A DNA stretch of 54,500 nucleotides, the filler included, from Jimgerdemannia flammicorona (taxonomy: Eukaryota), in the NCBI GenBank assembly GCA_003990765.1. It is 3 parts of 3 records of this genome, joined end to end, with 100 filler letters (N's around TTAATTAATTAA, not from the genome) between each part and the next. Parts side by side here need not be neighbours in the genome. Positions count along the whole stretch, not along the records: positions 36,404 to 54,500 come from RBNJ01002307.1; 2 more parts are not named here. The stretch is one strand, 5' to 3'. Every line of letters begins with the position of its first letter. The stretch's first letter is position 1. Of the stretch, positions 47,332-54,500 are shown one piece after another. The notes beneath the pieces are model-generated. The model saw only the letters and a list, made by a program, of their open reading frames with translations. It searched no databases and was not told the origin of the DNA. The translations under genes were made by a program, and so were the position numbers.

Positions 47332-48942
47332 TCACTTCCGGCACTCGATCTCGTCATGGTCACGTTTATCATCATTGCCCCTGAACTCGTCACGATAGTC
47401 CCTGAAGAATTCCTCAAGCGATTCTGGCTTCTTGTTAGTGATGTCTTTAGCGGAATTTTACGTGAACGTGATTCCATTCGATGCACAGCGACATAACCAC
47501 AGGGCCTACCAGAAGTAAATCAGCACCACCCAATTTGACATATTCAAAGAAGTCAATGGTAGTATCGTTAAGGTGCTTCCTCAGAGGAATGCCGTGGCGG
47601 AACTTGCCATCACGATGGCGGCGGCCGTCGCGTTCTCTGTCGTTATCATCTTCTTTCCTACCGCCATCGTGACGCTCATCATCCCGACGTTCATCTCCGT
47701 GCCTACCGTGGCTTCTATCCTCATCGCGCCACCTCTCCAGTTCTTTCCTCATCTCGGAACGCGACATGTCCTTGAACCGAATCTCGCGCTCGCCAATCGC
47801 GTCGCCAAGAATGTGCGCAATTTCATTGCCGCAAAAAGCCTCGCAGCCCATGAGGCAGTACACGTGGCGGTGGTGGTACTCGTTCAGAGGGACCCAGCGG
47901 AAACCCTGCGAGGTTCTCTTGACCTGAGCTGAGGTCTGAGCCTGAGGCTGGGTCTGAGTCTGGGTCTGGGTGCGGCCATGGTCACCTTGACGGTCGCTAT
48001 CGTGGTGGTGGCGAGTCAGGAAAGAGTAGATGGCGTGGCAGATGTCGAGGATATTGACGGGAGCAAAACGACCGTCGCGGCCGATGCTAATTTTAAAAAC
48101 GCGCTCGTCCTGGATCATGGGGGCCCAGAAGAGGAAGCATTTCTGAAAGAAGTCGAGCCTGCGCGAAAAATTGTAAGTAGCGAGGGAGTCGTCAGATGCG
48201 TTGGACGTGCGTATGAGCAACCTGAGGGAAAGTGAGAGAATTTTTACCTGAAAATGCACCACCTTCCCCTGTTGAAGTTGTCCTTGAGGTAATTCTCAAG
48301 CTCCCTGAATTCGCAGAGATTCCTGAGCTCCCGGTTGTGAGACTCGGCGCCAATCCTGAAAAGCAAAACCGAGGGAACCTTTAGTACCTAAATCACCGTC
48401 ATCCCAATCCGCAGAGAATAGCTAGTTTTGAGAGCTCACGTGGATAACATGAGGACATGGCGAATGTTCTCGCTCTCCATAGCCTTGATGAGACACTCTC
48501 CGTGGCGGACCCGGTTGCGAGTCATTTCCGGCACGAAGATGGCATACTCGCTGTCGCGGAAGGCGCGGCAAAGGCACTTGCAGTCCTCGTAGTCGATTTC
48601 CTATCAAAGAGCATCTACATTAGCATCCATGCAACCACCCCATTCGGCCCTGACAAATAACTGCAAAAAAAACAAGAAACAAAAAAAAAAAACCCCCCGA
48701 CAGTACGCCAAAAGAACACTTACAACAATCTCGGCGCCCATGTCCCTCAAATCGTTGCAGTTTTTCTCGCGACAGCACAGGATGCTGATATGGCATTCGT
48801 TGTGCCGTCGCGCTCCGATTCATAGAGCAGGTATGCAGTGACCGAGGTAGCTCTCGCCGTCGGTAATGGTGAGAACATGCTTGGTGCGGGTGGCGCTGGC
48901 GCTGGCATTGGCAATGGCAGTGGCGGTGGTGCGGGATTCCAT
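47332..48942 (-). CDS. NmrA-like / atypical SDR NAD(P)-binding protein, spliced, possibly recently disabled
   Basis: LTITDGESYLGHCI, LRDMGAEIV|EIDYED, HVLMLST|IGA, FAPVNILDI, YCLMGCEAFCGNEIA and KPESLEEFFRDYRDEF. In-frame GT-AG introns at ~48723-48601, 48439-48356 and 48247-48159. In-frame TGA at ~48820. Confidence 0.72.
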
Positions 48943-49189
48943 TTTTTTTTTAGAAAGCAAATGACAAGGAAACTCGACGCACTTAGCAGATTTTAGAAGC
49001 AGAGATATGCTGGGAGCGAATTACACCAGTGACTGGGGGTTTGCTCATGTCTGTTTTTCATATTGCTATGAGATTATCCAAAAGGAGCTTCATGCAAGCA
49101 TGAAGGAATACCAAAGGAATAGTGCGTTAAAGATGCGTATTACTTGATTAGACAATTAGCATTTATAGCGTTTATGCAATTTATGGTAT

Positions 49190-51940
49190 TGTGACGAGGA
49201 ACAGAATTGTATATACCGCCGAATTCATAAATTAGCCATATACCATATCTAGTGCACTAAGCAACCAAGTCTGCTTTACTGCACCAACCTGTATAATTAG
49301 CCAGAGATACCAGAAACAGTATGTTTACCTATACCGAGTGAGTACACCATACTGGGTGGGTACTCTGTACCGAGTGGGTACACTGTACTGTCCAGGAACA
49401 CTTGCCATAGATAGCAATCTATAGTTAGCAATGTAGTAATCAGGTAGCAACCACAACTGTATAAAATACCCCAGAGATAAGAGTGAATAAACCTCAGTCC
49501 GAAAAGTTGAAGTAAACCAAAGAAGCCTCTAAAGATTGAGCATTGGTCCCCTTTTCCCCACTCCGGTCCACTTTCTGATACAAAGATTGATTGGTTCGCT
49601 TGCCAGATAAGCCTGAAGATTTGCCGCCTAAGTTCGAGTGAAGAACTTCGCCGCCTTTTGAAGAGAAATCCACCGCTTAAGGAATAAGCTGCCGTTTTTA
49701 AGAAGTCCGCCGATTCAGGAAGAATCTGCGTCATCCACCGTTTTTCAAGTTACTCGCATTCCCAGAGAACTCTTAAGGAACCTTGCCACAAGCCAGTCTA
49801 TTAGACGCAACTTTACAGTGATTCGTTTGTGCAAACGAAGCCAGTCTTTGACATAACTTGCCAAGAATCCGAGTTACCCGTGTCATCCATGCCATCCAAG
49901 TTATTTTCCAGAACCCCGCCAATTCAGGAAAATCCACGACATCCGAAGTTATTCATCCATTCCCAGTGAGCCCGATTCAGCCAAATTGAGTTATCCGCCA
50001 GAAATCGCATACTTTTGGAGATCGTCATGCCAAGATCATCACGCATAAGGAACCCGCCGCACTACACAGAGATCATCGCGCTACACAAGAGATCGTCACG
50101 CCGAAATCGCATACTTTTGGAGATCATCGCGCTACACAGAGATCTACGCTGCACAAATCGCGACTAGACCCAAGAACTCGTCCCAATAAGGAAATCGACC
50201 ATTGTATCCAGATTGACTATTATACCACTAAACACCAACAAGGCTACCAGGAACACCAAGAATATTTTGTTGCTTTTGACAAAGTAACTGGGAGCTCCAG
50301 CCAAACTACACCAACCCCCAACCTTGTAATCTGCCTCCATTGAGCCAGTCACATTACGTTTGGGGGCTCAACTGGGAAGATTTCAAAATTGATGTGACTT
50401 TTCAGCTCACAAGAACCCACAGTCAAACTGGATATATTTGATACAACACCAATCCCTACCACTACAGGAGAACTAGTCATCACCAGCATTTAGACAGGAA
50501 GAGAAGTAATCACTTCAAGACTTGCCAACTACCCAGCATCAGAAGGATCTCAACCAGAAGTCAGTACAGCCCGAAATTCTCAACCAGATCAACCAGACAA
50601 CACAGGTGGCCCTGTTGGAAACTTTGAAGAACTTGCATAAGAACTAGAAGATCTCATTACACAAGCCCAGCATCCAGCAATCAGATATCCCAGAGAAGTC
50701 CCACCAGTCTCACCCATTGAACCTTTATCACCAGTTCTTACAGAATTGGAAGTAGCTCCCTCAAGAATACCTAGGCTCATTCCACTTCATCTGAGGTCCA
50801 TAAAACTATCCTCAAGATACACAAGTATCCCCATCTCCAGTAATAGTTTAGAAAGCAAATCAGAGTCAAAATCTGAATTAGAATCTGGACCTAAACTAGA
50901 ATCAGAAGAAAGTGATGATGAAATGACCACCTCATTGCCAATCTTTACAGGATATCCAGAGGAAGATCCTAAAGAATTCCTTAATGGAATTGAGGAAATT
51001 GCAGTTCTGAGAAATCTCTCAGATAAAAGAAAAATTGTCATCTATAAGACCCAGCTCAGAGAACTAGCCAGAGGAATTTTCCACTGAACAGCAAATGACT
51101 CACACTCAGAACTAGCAGTACAAATATAAGCAGCAGTATCTTATAAGCTGAAATACATAGCCATGGTCTACTGGCTTATTGAAAAATATGCAGGAAATGA
51201 AACCCACCACAAAGCTCAAGAATCTATTATAAAGATAAAGATGAACTTTAGAGAATTACTCAGAGCCTTCTTCATAAGAATTTGGAAGAGAATATATGTA
51301 GCCAGGTTTAATGCCACCAACAAAGTCATTATAGATCCAATGATCTTCATGAATGAAATTCCCTCAAACATTGCCCAGCATATCTGCACCCTAGGCATCA
51401 GAAGGTCTGAAGAGTAAGTAGATGCAGCCCAAGGATTCTTTGATGTCAGACAAGGAACTACCTAGAGTAACTATGACAAAAAGAATGATAAGAAGGACAT
51501 TCTGATTAAAGCCCTACAAGGACTCCTTCAAGGACAGAAAAGATCTGAAGAAAAAAGGTCAGGCAAAGAAAAAAAGAAGAACAGAAGTGAAATTCAAGAC
51601 CTTAGTTCCAAGTTGGACTGATTGGTTGGACAGATTGAAAAACTTACTATATGTGAAAATTGAAGTTATCAACAAGATAACAGAGAATATCCATCACAAA
51701 GGAACCAAGGTTATTGACTAAGAGATAACAGGAACTACTAGTAAGAAGAAAGAAGATACCCTGCCCAAGACAGAGCTCAAGTCCAATGCTTCCACTATAG
51801 ATAATTTGGACACTATGCCACTGAATGTGATAACAAAAGAATTGACTGAAGGGACTCAGAATCACCAAACTGAAGAAATGAAACCCAGTATTAGAAGACT
51901 GAAGTTTATCCAGTCAAAGATTTTGAAGAAGATCTTTCTC
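49190..51940 (+). mobile_element. 5' LTR (49190-50358), tRNA-Pro PBS and decayed gag of third LTR family
   Basis: The LTR matches the solo LTR. TGGGGGCTCAACTGGGA at 50361 resembles the tRNA-Pro PBS. Gag LPIFTGYPEEDPKEFL and a decayed knuckle CFHYR*FGHYATEC. Confidence 0.88.
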
Positions 51941-52829
51941 TACTCTATACTCTAACTGCTCAGTCTTATTATTAGTAATCATATTTGTATTTTTTTTCCA
52001 GATCTTTAGTTATATTGCTATCAATAGTTTCACCCCTGCTCTCAACTATAGCTTCACCAGTCTCTATATTAGCTCTGCCAGCCAATAGTCTATTAGCTCT
52101 CTCAATACTCAACTTTTTCTTCTCAGATCTACTCTCTTAAGTACTACTAAACCACTCTCTAGTCTTTACCTTATCTATAAAGCTTATAGGCCTTATTCCT
52201 TTACAACTTATACTAGATACTAAATATTTACTAGATCTCATCTGCTCACTCTTACTACTAAAGAAACTTATTTCAATACTATACTTATACTCAATATACT
52301 GCTATCTAAAGATACTAAATCTGTCTGACTCAGCATACCTATCTGAACTCTTATACATTATTATATTACTAGTTGGTTTTTTTTTCAAAAACTATGTAAA
52401 AAGTATTATAAAAAGCTTATATAATATAAATTATAATAAAGAAAGATCTATAGCACTTCCTCAATCTTAGTAAATACTACAAAGTAAAAAAACAATTGAA
52501 AGGCTTCTTGATATATATATATATTAAGTATCTAATTAATATCTTATTATTCAAGTTATCTAAGAATATAAAAAGAATTGAAATAAGTATTATTTTAAGT
52601 TCTATATTATCTAATAGATAGACTTTATCTTAATAGTATCTTCTTTATAAGCTTATTTAATTTGATCTAGGAATTTTAACTTATATTATTATAATAAGAT
52701 CTAGTCTTAATAAGGTATCTAGTATGATAAGTTTTTATTAAATTATAAATAATTATCAGATTAAAGTTTGAAGCTATTGGCTTTACTTGACTTATTAATA
52801 TAATAGAGTAAATTAAGTATTAATATACT

Positions 52830-54500
52830 TAGGCAGAAGATAGTGGGGCTCTCCATCTTTGGCATTGGGTGAAAGGTGGGGGTCTTTGTAGATAACATAG
52901 TGGTTGGACTGAGATCAATTGCTGATGTCGAGGAGCTCAAGAAGACAGTGGAGTGATATGAGGAGAACTCTGGAGTGAGACTTAATTGGTATAAGTGTGA
53001 AACAATAGTGTTAGGCAATAGTCTGGTGGGCAGGGAGGTTATTGGAATAATCATCTCTACTGGTGAGATGGTGCAGTACTTGGGTATCTATCTATCAGTA
53101 TATGGGTCAGTACTACTCAGGCTTTGGTGGAAGCAGTGGGTTGGAATCTGAGGGGAGGCCCTGCAGAGTTGGGGGGGCTGTCAATTGTCCCTGGTGGGGC
53201 ATGCTACAATTTTGAACATCTACTGGCTGCTGAAGTTGTGGTATCTGACATATCATCTGGACTTCCCATCCTGGGTAGTGAAGAGGCTGATGAAGCTTAC
53301 CAAAAGATAGATCTGAGCTGGAAGGAGGAGTTAGATAAGCTGAGAGGTCTTGTCCTTGCCTGTGGCGAGTGGTGGGCTGAAACTGGTTGACTTCTCAAAG
53401 AGACTATACTGTTTGAGAGTTGGTAGTTGAAGAGAGCTGTGGAATTGAGAGGAGGTAATTGGGTTCTCCAGTTGCAAAAGGTTTGGAAATGGCAGGTCTC
53501 ACCAAGAGGCTCAACTGGTGATCTCCTATCTTTGGTTAGACTTCAGAATACTACTCAATTGCGATATAAAGGCTTCTGGTAAGGGATAGCAGAGGGGGCA
53601 CACTGCATCAGGATCCATTGACAGGGGAATGAAGGAGAGGAGGATTGGGACCTGGTAATGTGGAGATGGGACCAGGTGCTGCTGGGCAGCTCCCCATTAC
53701 TTAAGTTTGATATTAGTGATGGAATAGACTGCCAGAGGAGACTGGGCCAGGATCTGTAGTCCAGTGGCTGACAAGGTGTAGAAATTGGCAAGGAGTGGGA
53801 CTGGCATAGCATTTGAGCATGGAGTGCTGAGGTGAGGAAATAGATGCTGCCGAAGTACTGGATAACTTAGTGATACATACTGAGGAGGAATGTCATGCTC
53901 AATTATTGCTCAGGTCACCTTATTGCAGAGGGTTGCTTTGATTACAAGGAGTACTATAATGTAGGACAGGAAGGGGGTTATGTACAGACACCTGAACATT
54001 GGCTAGAGGAGTGTGAGGTATTTAGTGCCTTTTGGCAGAATGTTGGGATTCATTTGGGAGTAAGGGGCAGGGGAACTGATATGTGGGGGTGGTGGGAGAA
54101 CTTGAGAGACAGACTGGTGGGGGGGGTGAGAAAGAAATGGCTCATGCTAGGCTGGGCTCTGGCTATTTGGGTAGGGTTGGCTGGTCACTGGCTATTTGTT
54201 TTCGAGAATGGAAGAAGACTGAGCTTGGAGGTCTGGCTGCGGTGATGGCATAGCCTTATGGAGGATACCTTGACAGGCTGGTAGCTCAGTTGGGAGATAT
54301 AGGGGGGTCAGAGACATCATTTGGTAGAGAAAATTTGTAGGCAGAGTGGGGGAAGTGTAAGAGTGGTAGGGGAGAAGGTGGTCTTTGCTTGGGTGGCAGT
54401 AGGGAGCAGCCCTCCTATGGAGATTGGGTAGTAGGAGGAAGACTATATATATAACAATAGACTGGTAATAAAGGATAGAGTCCAAGTAACTATAAAAAAA
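52830..54500 (+). mobile_element. LINE-A copy 3 (5'-truncated within RT)
   Basis: KVGVFVDNIVVGL..SGVRLNWYKCET; the end GGTAATAAAG..GTCCAAGTAACTAT(A)n is the inverse of positions 1-50. Confidence 0.9.

Noticed and set aside
51940..52830. Very AT-rich block
   Set aside because: Looks like a terminally mutated TE relic; no family or structure could be supported.

Overview
Repeat-dense eukaryotic, almost certainly fungal, DNA; intron style and TE families suggest an early-diverging Mucoromycota-type genome, but that is inference. Three contigs are joined by N-spacers carrying TTAATTAATTAA. Most of the window is nested, mostly decayed transposons. (i) Three copies of an L1/Tx1-type LINE, one full-length. 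(ii) Three 5'-truncated copies of a second LINE with a long 3' UTR. (iii) Two dUTPase-carrying Ty3/Gypsy elements, one complete (LTRs, PBS, PPT, 4-bp TSD) with an extra ORF3. (iv) At least five pieces of a chromodomain Ty3/Gypsy family whose ~2-kb LTR contains a 365-codon ORF. (v) A third LTR family (solo LTR plus 5' LTR-gag, tRNA-Pro PBS). (vi) An intron-containing hAT transposase and a MITE with the same terminus. (vii) An apparently endonuclease-less Penelope-like retroelement with direct and inverted pseudo-LTRs. (viii) A probable DIRS gag relic. The few host-like genes are CpG-rich islands: an ankyrin-repeat C-terminus, an NmrA-like gene and a possible Zn2Cys6-like gene. The best novelty candidates are a shared uncharacterised accessory domain carried by two different LTR families (as ORF3 in one, inside the LTR in the other), the non-telomeric EN-less Penelope element bracketed by LINE copies, a conserved Cys/His module in front of the retroelement dUTPase, and a Zn-cluster-like gene back-to-back with the hAT transposase. 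All alignments were done by eye and boundaries of decayed elements are approximate.
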